From a virus, in IMG/VR virus record IMGVR_UViG_3300012922_000007, positions 14,531 to 78,530 of that record: a stretch of 64,000 bases of DNA. The stretch is one strand, 5' to 3'. Below the pieces are notes generated by a model. It saw only the letters and a list, made by a program, of their open reading frames with translations. It was not told the origin of the DNA and ran no database searches. The stretch's first letter is position 1. Each line of letters opens with the position of its first letter. Below, piece by piece: positions 36,965 through 47,405 of the stretch. Made by a program: the position numbers and the translations under genes.

Positions 36965-38884
36965 ATGTCAGATGAGAAAGATCTTCGTGCTTTAAAGAGT
37001 AATCCCAAAGTCCTCGAACTGTATGCTAAACACGTTCAGTTACATCGCGAGGGCAAGGGATATCGAGGACGATGTCCTTTCGGTTCCCGACATGCTAGGG
37101 GGGAAGATCGCACACCAAGCATGGATATATGGGCGGCAGAAGACGGAAGTTTTATTTTCAAATGTCTTGGATGCGGGTCTTCAGGCAATATTATGCAGTT
37201 TGTTATGGATACAGAAAAAGTTAAGTTCGACGAAGCAGTTTCCAGAATCCGGACTTTCCTTAAAGATACTTGGTTTGAGGGCCGAGATACAGTAGACGAA
37301 GTGTTCCGGTCTCCTGTCCTCGAAGAACCCAAGGAATTCATTACCTTCCCAATAAGTAACTGCGAAAAATTTACTCAGGCTTTGCGCGAGTCGAAAGATG
37401 CGAGGGCATTTTTAAATAGCAGGAAGATTGACCTCGATACTGCATGTCGTCTACATGTTGGATTTCGTCAGGCGATGCCCTCGGAAGTAAACGTCCCAAA
37501 CGATGTTAGAGATAAAGGCTGGTTGGTATTTCCATACATCGAGAAAGATAGGGTAGTCCGGGTCAAGTTTCGGTCCATCGTATCTAAGGTCTTTACACAA
37601 CAGAGAGCAATGAAACAGCAGGGATTCTTCAACTCCAATGCGGCAGATCCCCTCAAGCCCTTGTTTTTAGTTGAAGGTGAACTCGACTGTTGTGCTTTAG
37701 AATCAGCGGGTTTCAATGCAGTTGCAATTCCAAATGCCTCGTACAAAGTAACTCCAGCAGACAAAGATGTGCTTATGTCCTCGTCTGAACTTTTTCTTTC
37801 AGGCGATAACGACCAAGCAGCCGGAACCGAGGCTATGAAAAAACTTTGGTCGGAACTCCAGGATAACGTATATCTCTTGCAGTGGCCCTCGGATATCAAA
37901 GACGCTAATGAACTTCTTATGAAGTGCGAGGACCTCGGAGAGTTCAAGGCCAAAGTCCTCGACCTCGCGAAGAACGCCAAGGCCCAACCAATGCCGGGAG
38001 TATTCTCCTTGCAAGAAGCGATGCTAAATTCCACGAATACGGATATGGCTAATCATCCGAATCGGCTACACTTTCCGTGGCCCTCGGTTGATTCAATGGC
38101 AATTTGTTTGCCGGGGTCGGTAGTTGCTTTTACAGCCTCATCCTCGGGTATGGGTAAGAGCCAGATGCTTATGCAAGCTACTCTAGATTCAGCAGTTAGA
38201 CACGGCGAGGTCGTTCTAAACTACCAAGCTGAAATGTCTCCGGACGAAATTGCCAACATTGTAACGGCGCACGTCCTCGCAAAAGATCGAAATGAATTGT
38301 CCTCAAACGATTATCAGGAGGCCGCAAGACGAATTCGATGCGCAAAATATTATATCGGATGTAGCCCGGATGCACAAAACTCAACTCAAGTTCTTGATTT
38401 AATTGAACATGCAATACGTAGACTCAGTCCTACGATTGTTGTCCTCGATCATCTGCACCATATATGTGCTAATGTTTCCAACGAGATACAAGATCAGTCC
38501 AACGCAATGAAGCGTATTAAAGGCATGGCTCAGAAATATGGATTGAAGTTTATTGTTGTCGGTCAACCTCGTAAGAGCAATCAGCAGAATCGAGGCAAAG
38601 ATATTTATGCTTCGGACATCAAGGGATCAGAGAGCATCGTAAGTGCTTCAGATGCAGTGTTTATCATACACCGGGAGATCATGAAAGACTTTGACCCAGC
38701 TCACCCGCCTTTAGATATCTTCAGTCCGGAGATAAAAATAACCCTTCACAAAGGCCGAACCAAGGGAAAAGGGGCGGCGGCATGTAGTTTAATTTTTCGA
38801 GGGAAAATAGCCACATTTGTGGATGCTTTGGAGTTAGAAGCAGGGGTTAATTTGCCCTCGAACGAGGAAAGTTTTTTCTCGTAG
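36965..38884 (+). CDS. bifunctional primase-helicase (Zn finger + TOPRIM + SF4/DnaB-like)
   Basis: CPF..H..FKCLGC; VEGELD, DND; SSGMGKS, VLDHLH, DIKGS. Confidence 0.92.
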   Translation: MSDEKDLRALKSNPKVLELYAKHVQLHREGKGYRGRCPFGSRHARGEDRTPSMDIWAAEDGSFIFKCLGCGSSGNIMQFVMDTEKVKFDEAVSRIRTFLKDTWFEGRDTVDEVFRSPVLEEPKEFITFPISNCEKFTQALRESKDARAFLNSRKIDLDTACRLHVGFRQAMPSEVNVPNDVRDKGWLVFPYIEKDRVVRVKFRSIVSKVFTQQRAMKQQGFFNSNAADPLKPLFLVEGELDCCALESAGFNAVAIPNASYKVTPADKDVLMSSSELFLSGDNDQAAGTEAMKKLWSELQDNVYLLQWPSDIKDANELLMKCEDLGEFKAKVLDLAKNAKAQPMPGVFSLQEAMLNSTNTDMANHPNRLHFPWPSVDSMAICLPGSVVAFTASSSGMGKSQMLMQATLDSAVRHGEVVLNYQAEMSPDEIANIVTAHVLAKDRNELSSNDYQEAARRIRCAKYYIGCSPDAQNSTQVLDLIEHAIRRLSPTIVVLDHLHHICANVSNEIQDQSNAMKRIKGMAQKYGLKFIVVGQPRKSNQQNRGKDIYASDIKGSESIVSASDAVFIIHREIMKDFDPAHPPLDIFSPEIKITLHKGRTKGKGAAACSLIFRGKIATFVDALELEAGVNLPSNEESFFS

Positions 38885-38887
38885 AAT

Positions 38888-38925
38888 GCGCCTTTTTACC
38901 TATTTGAATCGTCCAATTAAATAGA
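38888..38925 (+). promoter_or_regulatory. ECF-type promoter (copy 4)
   Basis: GCGCC-17nt-CGTCCAATTAAATAGA in the intergenic gap after the primase-helicase. Confidence 0.7.
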
Positions 38926-38936
38926 AAGAACAATAA

Positions 38937-39599
38937 ATGACAATCGAAGCCATTATAGAACAACCATTTACCGATACCGAACTCGCAGAAGCCTCTCGTC
39001 TCAAGTCTGAGATCGATGAACTCCTCGGCTCGATCACTAGCCTCGAACGAAGTCTTCTGCAGGGTTGGGCGAGGTTAAGTTCTAATCTATACGAGGTCAG
39101 GGAAAAGAAGTATTGGCTTGAATATGGGTTTAACTCCTTTGGAAAGTACATCGTGGAGATAGGGGACAAAGTTGGCAAGGGTCGGTCGCAATTGTATATG
39201 GGAGTGAGAATTGTCGAACAATTGCCCGAGGTCAGTTCCGAGGATTTGACACAGATTGGTATCTCAAAAGCTGCAGAACTATGCAAGATTCGATCTGCGG
39301 GTAAAGCCGTGCCTCGTGAACTGATCGAACGAGCTAAGCGATCCGATGTAACGATCGAAGAAGTTCGGGCCGAAGTCTTCAATACTCTTCATGCAACTCC
39401 GGAAGAACGAGGTAAGTTCTTCGATCTAAGCGGGTTCCCAGTTACGGAAGACGAGCGTCTTCTCCTCGAACATGCAATTGAAGTTGCCAAGAGGACCCCC
39501 CCAACAGTTCGCCACGACATTCCCGAATACATGCAGAAGAAAGAATGCTTCATACGTTTTGCCATGGAGTACCTGAGTCAATACGAGGATGGTCAGTGA
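38937..39599 (+). CDS. hypothetical protein
   Basis: 220-aa ORF; ATG about 11 nt after the promoter motif. Confidence 0.7.
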   Translation: MTIEAIIEQPFTDTELAEASRLKSEIDELLGSITSLERSLLQGWARLSSNLYEVREKKYWLEYGFNSFGKYIVEIGDKVGKGRSQLYMGVRIVEQLPEVSSEDLTQIGISKAAELCKIRSAGKAVPRELIERAKRSDVTIEEVRAEVFNTLHATPEERGKFFDLSGFPVTEDERLLLEHAIEVAKRTPPTVRHDIPEYMQKKECFIRFAMEYLSQYEDGQ

Positions 39600-39967
39600 A
39601 GACACGAGGTCAAAGGAATCACGTATGGGTAGAAGTGTCCGGATCTGGACTTCCAATTCGTATCATAAAACACTGGAGCGAAGCCAGTCAGTTGCCCTCG
39701 GATCTAGTCCGATTCGTAAATAGAACTTGGGCCGTAGGAGAGATACGAAGACAAGTATTCGAGAGAGATAATTATGAATGTAGACGGTGCGGAAAACGAG
39801 GCAATGCGCAAACTTTGGAAATGGATGAATTTATATCTAGAGGCGAGGGAGGAATGATCGGATTAGATAATTCCTGGACCCTGTGCCACAGTTGTCACAC
39901 GGGGTCCTCGACCTCGGAACATGGAAATAGGAGACTAATGTTTAGTAAGAACGAGGAACGGCGATGA
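39596..39967 (+). CDS. HNH endonuclease-like protein
   Basis: VFERDNYECRRC, RGEGG, N..TLCHSCH. Confidence 0.8.
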   Translation: MKTRGQRNHVWVEVSGSGLPIRIIKHWSEASQLPSDLVRFVNRTWAVGEIRRQVFERDNYECRRCGKRGNAQTLEMDEFISRGEGGMIGLDNSWTLCHSCHTGSSTSEHGNRRLMFSKNEERR

Positions 39968-40182
39968 GTTTTTGCCCTCACCATGTGTGGAGTTCTAGAT
40001 ATTGCCAGCAATGCACTCCAAATTCTGGAGGTGGAATCTATGTTCCTCCAAAGATATCAACCGAGGAAGAAGACCTCGAACTTAAAAAGTGGTTCTGTAA
40101 GAAGTGTTTAGGTAAGCATTTGGCAGCATACGAGGCGGGGTTATTTTGTCTGGATTGTGGACAAGAGGATAAGGAGCGCTAA

Positions 40183-40683
40183 GTGGGAGCAGAGAAAAAT
40201 CAACAACTTACATTAAAGAATTGGCCAAACACTGGAGTAGATACTGATCTCGAACCAGGAACGGAGCTGGTCGGAAGGACCACGTTTAGAGTTTTTTGCG
40301 ATTCGCGAACATGTAAAAATTCCGTACAATGGGTGCTTGAGACAGCGGGGGAAAACGCCGAAGGCGTGCCTTGTGATGCTTGGCGAATTCTTATCCTCGA
40401 ACAGTTCGAAGGCCAGAAGGAAACATTCTGTTCCAAAGAGTGTCTGATTCGTTGGTTGAAAAATTATGTTCCTCCGTTGTCTCCAAAGGAGAAAGCAATG
40501 ATTGAAACTAATAATTCCAAGGTCGAAGCTAAGAAGAATATCGTCAAAGTTCCGGTTCCGGACATTCCTGGAATCGAAGAGTCTACATATGTTAAGGTTC
40601 TACGAGAGCAAACTAAAGAACGAGCGGAGTCTGCTGCGCTTAGTCAGCCGGACGGCTTCGCCGAGGAATCTTCGAATGAGTAA
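40183..40683 (+). CDS. hypothetical protein with Zn motif
   Basis: CD..C and FCSKECL. Confidence 0.6.
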   Translation: MGAEKNQQLTLKNWPNTGVDTDLEPGTELVGRTTFRVFCDSRTCKNSVQWVLETAGENAEGVPCDAWRILILEQFEGQKETFCSKECLIRWLKNYVPPLSPKEKAMIETNNSKVEAKKNIVKVPVPDIPGIEESTYVKVLREQTKERAESAALSQPDGFAEESSNE

Positions 40684-40866
40684 TGAATACCTAGTAGTAG
40701 TTGAGGCAGTTGACTACGTAAATGTAGAGGCAGAAGACATAGACTCTGCAAGTAGAGAAGCAATCGAGATCTTTAAAACTAACCCCGGTTCTGCCGCATT
40801 TAACGCAACTATCGTTCGAGAGACTAAAGACGGGGAAGATACTTTTCCTAAGGGAGAGACTGCATA

Positions 40867-41121
40867 ATGTCTGAATTCACAGTACACGATCTTTTGAAAG
40901 ATGTAATTATGAGTTCTGTTACAGACGAGGGAATGCCGGTATTTCTTATCTACGAGGAAGTTGCTTGTTCAGTAAATGACCTCGCATTTAGCTATGACCA
41001 GTTTATGGACTCTGTAGGATGCCTTGTAGAGAATAAGTATCTTAACGCAAACGAGGTTGATGGAGTTACGGAACTGTCGTTGTCTAAGGAAAACACTACG
41101 CCTAGGTTGGATGTCAATTAA
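40867..41121 (+). CDS. acidic hypothetical protein
   Basis: coupled ORF. Confidence 0.55.
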   Translation: MSEFTVHDLLKDVIMSSVTDEGMPVFLIYEEVACSVNDLAFSYDQFMDSVGCLVENKYLNANEVDGVTELSLSKENTTPRLDVN

Positions 41122-41555
41122 TGGCGACCTTCGCAGATTTCGAGAAATCGATTGTCGCGTTAACTTGCCTTAGAGAGATGCGAGGCGAAGGAATAAATGC
41201 TATGTTGGCGGTAGCTTTTGTTCTTCGCAATAGAGCACAAGCTGGTTGGCACAGAAGCAGTCCATATCTTAACGCTATTGCAGCTAAGCAGTTTAGTTCT
41301 CTAACAATTTTAGGAGATCCTAATACTGTTTGGTTCCCCCCAGAGCCAAATGATCCGGAATTTGTTCAGCTCCTACATCTTATGGATGAAGTGTTTGATG
41401 AGAACAATCCTCGTGTAGATAATATTACTGGGAAAGCTCTTTACTATTGGGTTCCAGAGAATTCTACACCAAATGGTTGGTTTGCTAGAAATATAGCTAA
41501 TAACCCAGATCATGCTCGGTGCGCGGTTATAGGTAGGACGGTTTTCTACAAATGA
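41121..41555 (+). CDS. cell wall hydrolase (SleB/Hydrolase_2), candidate endolysin
   Basis: REMRGEG..AVAFVLRNR, KQFSS, DNITGKALYY, IGRTVFY. Confidence 0.85.
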   Translation: MATFADFEKSIVALTCLREMRGEGINAMLAVAFVLRNRAQAGWHRSSPYLNAIAAKQFSSLTILGDPNTVWFPPEPNDPEFVQLLHLMDEVFDENNPRVDNITGKALYYWVPENSTPNGWFARNIANNPDHARCAVIGRTVFYK

Positions 41556-43153
41556 AAAAAATCTTCCTGGTTCTTTTCCTATTTCTAGGAACTGCATTTT
41601 CTCAGACATTCGACGGTCCGGCTGAACTGCCTCGATCCATTCCCTCGGTAGTAAGTGTTTCTCCGAATCCTTCTAAGATAATTGGGCCATCAGATAATCT
41701 TCAGGAGGCGTTGAACACCGCAGTATGCGGGGACTATTTCAGTGTACATCCGTCGTTATTGATTACTGGAGTTCTCATTCTTCCCACTCTTGCCTGCGAT
41801 GACCAGCATTGGATTACTATTACTAATGGAAACATGACTGCACTTGATGCGCCCATCCGCATACATCCGAGTGTACCCATGCCGAAGATCACTGGCTCAG
41901 TGAAATCGGGATTACAGGTCAGGTTTATAGGATTTGAGGTCACTAGGACAGGAACTGGGGTAGTTACTTCGTTAATTATACCCGGATCTAACATGATCTA
42001 TGATCGTCTCTATGTGCATGGTTCTCCTACTACGGAAACAGTGCGAGGAATAAACCTATCTAACTCTGTAAATGTTGCGATTATTAATTCATGGTTCAGT
42101 GATTTCCATTGTTTAGCTGTCGCAGGGGCATGTGGCGACGCCCAGGCAATTGTCGGAGGATTAAGCAACTCGCAGGACGGTAACTATCTGATCCAGAATA
42201 ACTATCTAGAAGCTTCCGGGGAGAACATTTTATTCGGCGGTGGTTCTGCGACTGTAGTTCCGACAAACATTACGATTCGATATAATGATTTTGCAAAACC
42301 TGATTCGTGGAACCCGTCCGATTCAAGCTATGCTCCAGTTGTAGGTAAAGATGGCCTTGCACATCCTTGGATCGTGAAGAATCTGTTCGAGTTAAAGAAT
42401 GCGCAGAGAGTGCTCGTCGAAGGCAATCGAATGGTTGGATCTTGGGGAGGCTTTACCCAAGCTGGAACTGCAATCTTGATGGGACCAAAGAATCAGGCCG
42501 GGGCCAACGGTACGAATCTGTGCTCAATTTGTTCTGTTGAAGATGTGACGTTCCGGAACAACTGGATATCTAAGACAGGTGGAGCTTTAGTTATTGGATA
42601 TGGGGCTTCGGATAACGGTGGGTGGCCTACGGCATCAGATCGATTCTCAATTCATGATAACCAGTTTGATAGGTTGCAGTATGCAACATGTTCCCAGTGT
42701 ACTCATTACCTAATCCAGATTGGATCGGGGTATGATGCAGTTCATCCCCCGCCCTCGGTTCTACATGATGTCAGTATTAAGAACAACGTGTTTTATTTGG
42801 ATGGAACTGGGTGGCTTCCGCCTCGACCTACCGATGGTGCGGCACACGGGTTCCTTATAGTTAGTGCCCCTCCAGGAGGAATATTCAATATAGTTTACGA
42901 GAACAACGTTCAGCCGGGTGGCAGCAATCCGATCTCTTCCACGGGCGGTGGTTCAAATAACTGCTTTACGAATCAGTTGAAATCGTATAGCGCCGGGTTA
43001 GCCTTATGCTGGACAGGTTCATCCTCGTTCACTGGGAATGTAATCTTCACACAAGGTAGTTTTAATACGACTTGGCCAGCAGGAAACTATCCAATTCCAG
43101 TAGGCAGTAATCAGAATACGCTTCAATTACAGTTAGGAAATAGAAAACCATGA
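41552..43153 (+). CDS. secreted right-handed beta-helix (pectin-lyase-like) protein
   Basis: signal peptide; FDGPAELPR; NNYLEASGENILFGG, VKNLFELKNAQRVLVEGN beta-helix turns. Confidence 0.8.
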   Translation: MKKIFLVLFLFLGTAFSQTFDGPAELPRSIPSVVSVSPNPSKIIGPSDNLQEALNTAVCGDYFSVHPSLLITGVLILPTLACDDQHWITITNGNMTALDAPIRIHPSVPMPKITGSVKSGLQVRFIGFEVTRTGTGVVTSLIIPGSNMIYDRLYVHGSPTTETVRGINLSNSVNVAIINSWFSDFHCLAVAGACGDAQAIVGGLSNSQDGNYLIQNNYLEASGENILFGGGSATVVPTNITIRYNDFAKPDSWNPSDSSYAPVVGKDGLAHPWIVKNLFELKNAQRVLVEGNRMVGSWGGFTQAGTAILMGPKNQAGANGTNLCSICSVEDVTFRNNWISKTGGALVIGYGASDNGGWPTASDRFSIHDNQFDRLQYATCSQCTHYLIQIGSGYDAVHPPPSVLHDVSIKNNVFYLDGTGWLPPRPTDGAAHGFLIVSAPPGGIFNIVYENNVQPGGSNPISSTGGGSNNCFTNQLKSYSAGLALCWTGSSSFTGNVIFTQGSFNTTWPAGNYPIPVGSNQNTLQLQLGNRKP

Positions 43154-44150
43154 TTAATACTGATGCAGATCTTAGAAACGTTTACAAACGGCTGTCTTTA
43201 TCTATGACAGGAGGTACTATGTGTCCAGTTCCGGACAACACTTCGGATAGGATCGAGGTCTTTGCCTCGCCCTCGGGAAGCACAATCGTATTCTGCGGAC
43301 GATGTAATGACAATACATATTCCGGACAACCCGCGTGTTGTAAATTTATGATTGACATGTTAACCAAGTATTTTGGGGGTAGAGAATGTACGTCCTTGTC
43401 CTGTATATAAAAAGACAACCAGATCAGTTAATTGGAAAACCTAAGACTTATAACGAGGCGTTTCGTAAGTATGAGAAATTGACCTCGCAGTATCCCGACC
43501 GACGATACGCATTGAGGAGAGTATGAAGGCCAAGGACCGTTGCAAGGATTACTGTCAAGGTGATCGATGTAAACTTGAGCCGGGGCACGGAGATTCGCAC
43601 GTCGGTAATTTTGTTGCGTGGGATCGTGCTGATGCTCCAATGGAACTTTATCCTCGTGAACATCGGAGGAATCGCCTCGCAGCTAAACAAGATCAACAGC
43701 AGAAGTCTTGGATTAAAAATATGACTTTGATGATTCGCCTCGGAGCTTTAGCCGAGATTTACCTCAAACCATTTATGAAGGAGCCGGAGGAGAAATGACG
43801 ATAGAAGAAAAGAAGATTCTACTTGAGTTTGTTACTTCTAATACATTTCATGATTCTATGATGAGCACGGACAAGATCTTGAATGTAAAAGCTTTGATAG
43901 AATTATTCTCAAGTCCGACGCTAGCAGAACAATTGATTCTAGATAATCCGAATCCACGTCCGAAACCCGGACAGCTTTTGCCCCGTTAGGAGACGATTGT
44001 GCTATATCAAAATCGCACATGGACCTGCCCCGCTAGCAGTAATACAGATGATAAGACTTGGGACTTTGCATTCTTGAGCAAGTCAGAGTTTATGGAACGT
44101 TACTCGGTGACTGAAAAAGAATATAATGATCTCGCATTGAAAGGCACGAA

Positions 44151-44480
44151 GTGATAGAGAATATTGCCCTCGTATTCTCCTCAGTCATTATCGGCGGAGG
44201 ACTAATGTACGGAGCTATTTATTGCTATGGAAGGATTGCCCATTGGAAGGCTTTGTACGAGCAGTCTGAAGATGATTTTGAGGAAGTCCTCGTACGAGCA
44301 ACCAAGGCCGAGAGAGCGGCGCAGGCAACAACAGACAAATACGTGGCGATAACTGAATTGATAAAGGCGCAGATGGAAAGACCGGTAGTTTGCGCTCTAA
44401 CGGAAACTCAGATACAGACTATCGCCTCGGTTCTTTCTCAGTTGGTTATGGTTAACCAAGGAGTTAATAGGCTTAACTAA
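44151..44480 (+). CDS. membrane-anchored coiled-coil protein
   Basis: N-terminal TM segment followed by a heptad region. Confidence 0.55.
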   Translation: MIENIALVFSSVIIGGGLMYGAIYCYGRIAHWKALYEQSEDDFEEVLVRATKAERAAQATTDKYVAITELIKAQMERPVVCALTETQIQTIASVLSQLVMVNQGVNRLN

Positions 44481-44887
44481 TGAATAAACAGGAGAAGGTA
44501 AAGGATCGTCGATTACAGAAACTGTTCCGGACGACCTTGGAAGAATACCGGAAGATCGAGGACTTCCAGAAGAATAGTAAGTTCAAGATCCTTCTAGGGA
44601 AAAAGAATGGGTATGACCATCATCATGCTTCCGGGCGTTGCCGAGGAATCCTGGATTGGAGATTGAATAGGGCACTTGGCCTCGTAGAATCCGTTGCAAA
44701 GAATGAAGGGGAAGCGGCGGAAATTCTCTACGTATTGTCTGAATATCTCGTGTCTCCACCAGCAGTCGAAGTTATCGGAGAACGGTTCGGATTGATAGGT
44801 CAAGCTAAGGTGAAGCGTCGTATGATTTATGGATCTAAAGACGGACCAATTTTGCCCCCGAAGAAAAAGAGGAAACATGTTGGCTAA
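44480..44887 (+). CDS. endonuclease VII-like protein (Zn-less)
   Basis: DHHHASGRCRGILDWRLNRALG. Confidence 0.6.
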   Translation: MNKQEKVKDRRLQKLFRTTLEEYRKIEDFQKNSKFKILLGKKNGYDHHHASGRCRGILDWRLNRALGLVESVAKNEGEAAEILYVLSEYLVSPPAVEVIGERFGLIGQAKVKRRMIYGSKDGPILPPKKKRKHVG

Positions 44888-45581
44888 AATCTCGGCGTAC
44901 TTGCAGTCTCATGAAAAATTGATCCTAGGGGTTGGCACTCTCGTCATTGTACTGTACCTCGGTAATCGTTGGATAAATTCGTCCGAGGTCAAAGCAGATG
45001 AGGCTAATCAAAGGGCACAAGCGGCTCTTGTGGAACAAAAAAAGATTGTAGATAATTTGACCTCGTCTTTACAAGACGCACAGAAGAGAAGCGATGCAGT
45101 AGTGACCCAGTCGGCTATGCAGGTCTTTAATTTGCAACAGGAAATCGCCTCGCTTCGCAACAGCCTCGCATTAGAACAGGAGGCTATTCGGACTAAGCCT
45201 ATTAGTGCAATCGCCTCGGACTGGAACCAACTGATCCAGATTCCGGACGGAGTAACTAACACGAGTATCGGGATTACGGTATCGGAGGCTGCCGCTCGTG
45301 CGACGTTGTCAACGTTGGTTGAGGTTCCGGTATTGCAGAAGACGGTGGATAATCAGAGTAAGGAGTTGGCTAGCAAAGACCTAGCGCTGTCTGCACAGGC
45401 GGCGACTATTAAGGCATCGGATGACCTCGTATCCGGCTTACGTGTCCAGATTGTGGATGGTCAGACTGCGTGTACGAAACAAGTGGCGTTGGAGAAGGCT
45501 AATGCTCGCAAGGGTAAGCGTACGTGGTTTTTGATTGGCTTCGCCTCTGGCTTAGCAACCCGAGTTCTGGCACATTTTTAG
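44877..45581 (+). CDS. spanin-like membrane coiled-coil protein
   Basis: N-terminal TM, long coiled coil, hydrophobic C-terminus. Confidence 0.5.
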   Translation: MLAKISAYLQSHEKLILGVGTLVIVLYLGNRWINSSEVKADEANQRAQAALVEQKKIVDNLTSSLQDAQKRSDAVVTQSAMQVFNLQQEIASLRNSLALEQEAIRTKPISAIASDWNQLIQIPDGVTNTSIGITVSEAAARATLSTLVEVPVLQKTVDNQSKELASKDLALSAQAATIKASDDLVSGLRVQIVDGQTACTKQVALEKANARKGKRTWFLIGFASGLATRVLAHF

Positions 45582-45641
45582 ACTAAGGCACTTATTAGTC
45601 AGTATTTAACTTATAAATATAAAGAAAATAAAGGACAATAA

Positions 45642-46412
45642 ATGTCTAGTAATTCACCTCGGATTCTGCTCTTAGACCTAGAGACGTTACCTCACCTGGG
45701 ATATTCCTGGGGCAAGTGGGATCAGAATATTATTAGGTTTGCCCAAGAAACTTGTATCGCCACTTTCGCTGCGAAGTGGATGGGAGATGGTGGAGTATTC
45801 GGAAAAAAGCTTAATGACTATCCGGGCTACAAACCGAATTCATATGACGACAAGAAACTCGTTAAAGATTTGTGGGATCTTTTGGATGAAGCAGATATTG
45901 TGATCGCTCACAATGGAAAAGATTTTGATGTCAAGGTGTGCCGAGCACGATTCTTGTTCCATGGGATGCTGCCGCCCTCGCCGTTCAAAGTAATCGACAC
46001 GAAGAATATTGCTAAGAAAGTAGGACGGTTTAGTTCAAATTCTTTAAATGACTTGGCCAGTTACCTCGGGTTTGGTTCGAAGATTAAAACGGACTTCGAT
46101 CTGTGGTTAGGGTGTATCGCAGGCGACGCGGATTCATGGAATAAAATGCTTCGCTACAATAAACACGACATACATTTACTGGAAAAATTATACAAGCGAT
46201 TGATGGCCTGGGCCGGAAATCATCCTAACTTGACTTTGTTTCGCAAGGATGCCGACTGTCCCAAGTGCGGCTCGAAGCATGTTACCTGTCGCGGAGTTGC
46301 AACTCTGGTGTCCGGACAATATCAGCGCTATCAATGTCAAGATTGTGGTGGATGGAGCCGTTCTACAAAACTAATCAACAAGACCAATAAAGTTAATGCA
46401 CAGACTGATTGA
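45642..46412 (+). CDS. RNase H-like (DnaQ/YprB-type) exonuclease with C-terminal Zn ribbon
   Basis: LDLETLP, AHNGKDFD, IDT, YNKHDI; CPKCGS..RYQCQDCG. Confidence 0.85.
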   Translation: MSSNSPRILLLDLETLPHLGYSWGKWDQNIIRFAQETCIATFAAKWMGDGGVFGKKLNDYPGYKPNSYDDKKLVKDLWDLLDEADIVIAHNGKDFDVKVCRARFLFHGMLPPSPFKVIDTKNIAKKVGRFSSNSLNDLASYLGFGSKIKTDFDLWLGCIAGDADSWNKMLRYNKHDIHLLEKLYKRLMAWAGNHPNLTLFRKDADCPKCGSKHVTCRGVATLVSGQYQRYQCQDCGGWSRSTKLINKTNKVNAQTD

Positions 46413-46418
46413 GGATAA

Positions 46419-47405
46419 ATGGGACTTAAAGAAGAACTAGTTTCTATAGAAAAACAATTTGGAAAAGGATCGGTTTTTTGTCTAGGAGATAAAGAAGCCG
46501 TTCGAATTCCAGCGATATCTACAGGGTGTTTAAGCTTAGACAGAGCAATTGGAATTGGAGGGTTTCCTCGTGGTCGTATTGTAGAAATTTTTGGTCCAGA
46601 ATCCTCTGGAAAAACTACACTGGCTCTTCAAACTATCGCTCAGGCCCAACTAAATGGAGGCAAGGGAGCAATTATTGACGTTGAGCACGCTCTAGATTTA
46701 ATTTACGCCAAAAACTTAGGCGTTAAAACAGATGAATTATTAGTTTCTCAGCCGGACTACGGAGAAGCAGCATTAGAAATATGCGAACGATTAATTAAAT
46801 CAGGAGAACTGGACATTGTAGTAATAGATAGTGTGGCCGCTTTAGTTCCCCGCTCAGAATTAGAAGGAGATTTTGGCGACGCACAGATGGGGCTACAAGC
46901 CAGAATGATGAGCCAAGCCATGAGAAAACTTACCGGTTTAGTACATCGGTCTAATTGCTGCCTCGTGTTGTTGAACCAGTTACGAAGTAAGCTGGGTGTA
47001 ATGTATGGATCAAACGAAACCACGACCGGTGGGAATGCTCTAAAATTTTATGCTAGTTTGAGAATTGATATGCGCAGGATTCAAACAATTAAATCTGGAG
47101 ATGATGCAGCGGGTTCCAGAATAAAAATTAAATTAGTCAAGAACAAAGTTTTTCGTCCTTTTGGATTCACAGAAGTAGATTTAATGTTTGGAGAAGGGTT
47201 TTCTAAAGAAGCGGATCTATTAGATTTAGCTATTTCTGGCGGTATTGTTGATAAATCGGGTTCTTGGATGTCATTTCAAGGAGAAAGGCTCGGACAAGGG
47301 CGAGAACAAGTTTGTTCAGAACTACGAGAAAATAAAAATCTTTATGACAGAATCTACAAAGCCGTTGACAGTCTTGCTGTATATGATTCGAAATCGAGTA
47401 AATAA
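46419..47405 (+). CDS. recA: recombinase RecA
   Basis: [46 protein letters not shown]. Confidence 0.98.
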   Translation: MGLKEELVSIEKQFGKGSVFCLGDKEAVRIPAISTGCLSLDRAIGIGGFPRGRIVEIFGPESSGKTTLALQTIAQAQLNGGKGAIIDVEHALDLIYAKNLGVKTDELLVSQPDYGEAALEICERLIKSGELDIVVIDSVAALVPRSELEGDFGDAQMGLQARMMSQAMRKLTGLVHRSNCCLVLLNQLRSKLGVMYGSNETTTGGNALKFYASLRIDMRRIQTIKSGDDAAGSRIKIKLVKNKVFRPFGFTEVDLMFGEGFSKEADLLDLAISGGIVDKSGSWMSFQGERLGQGREQVCSELRENKNLYDRIYKAVDSLAVYDSKSSK

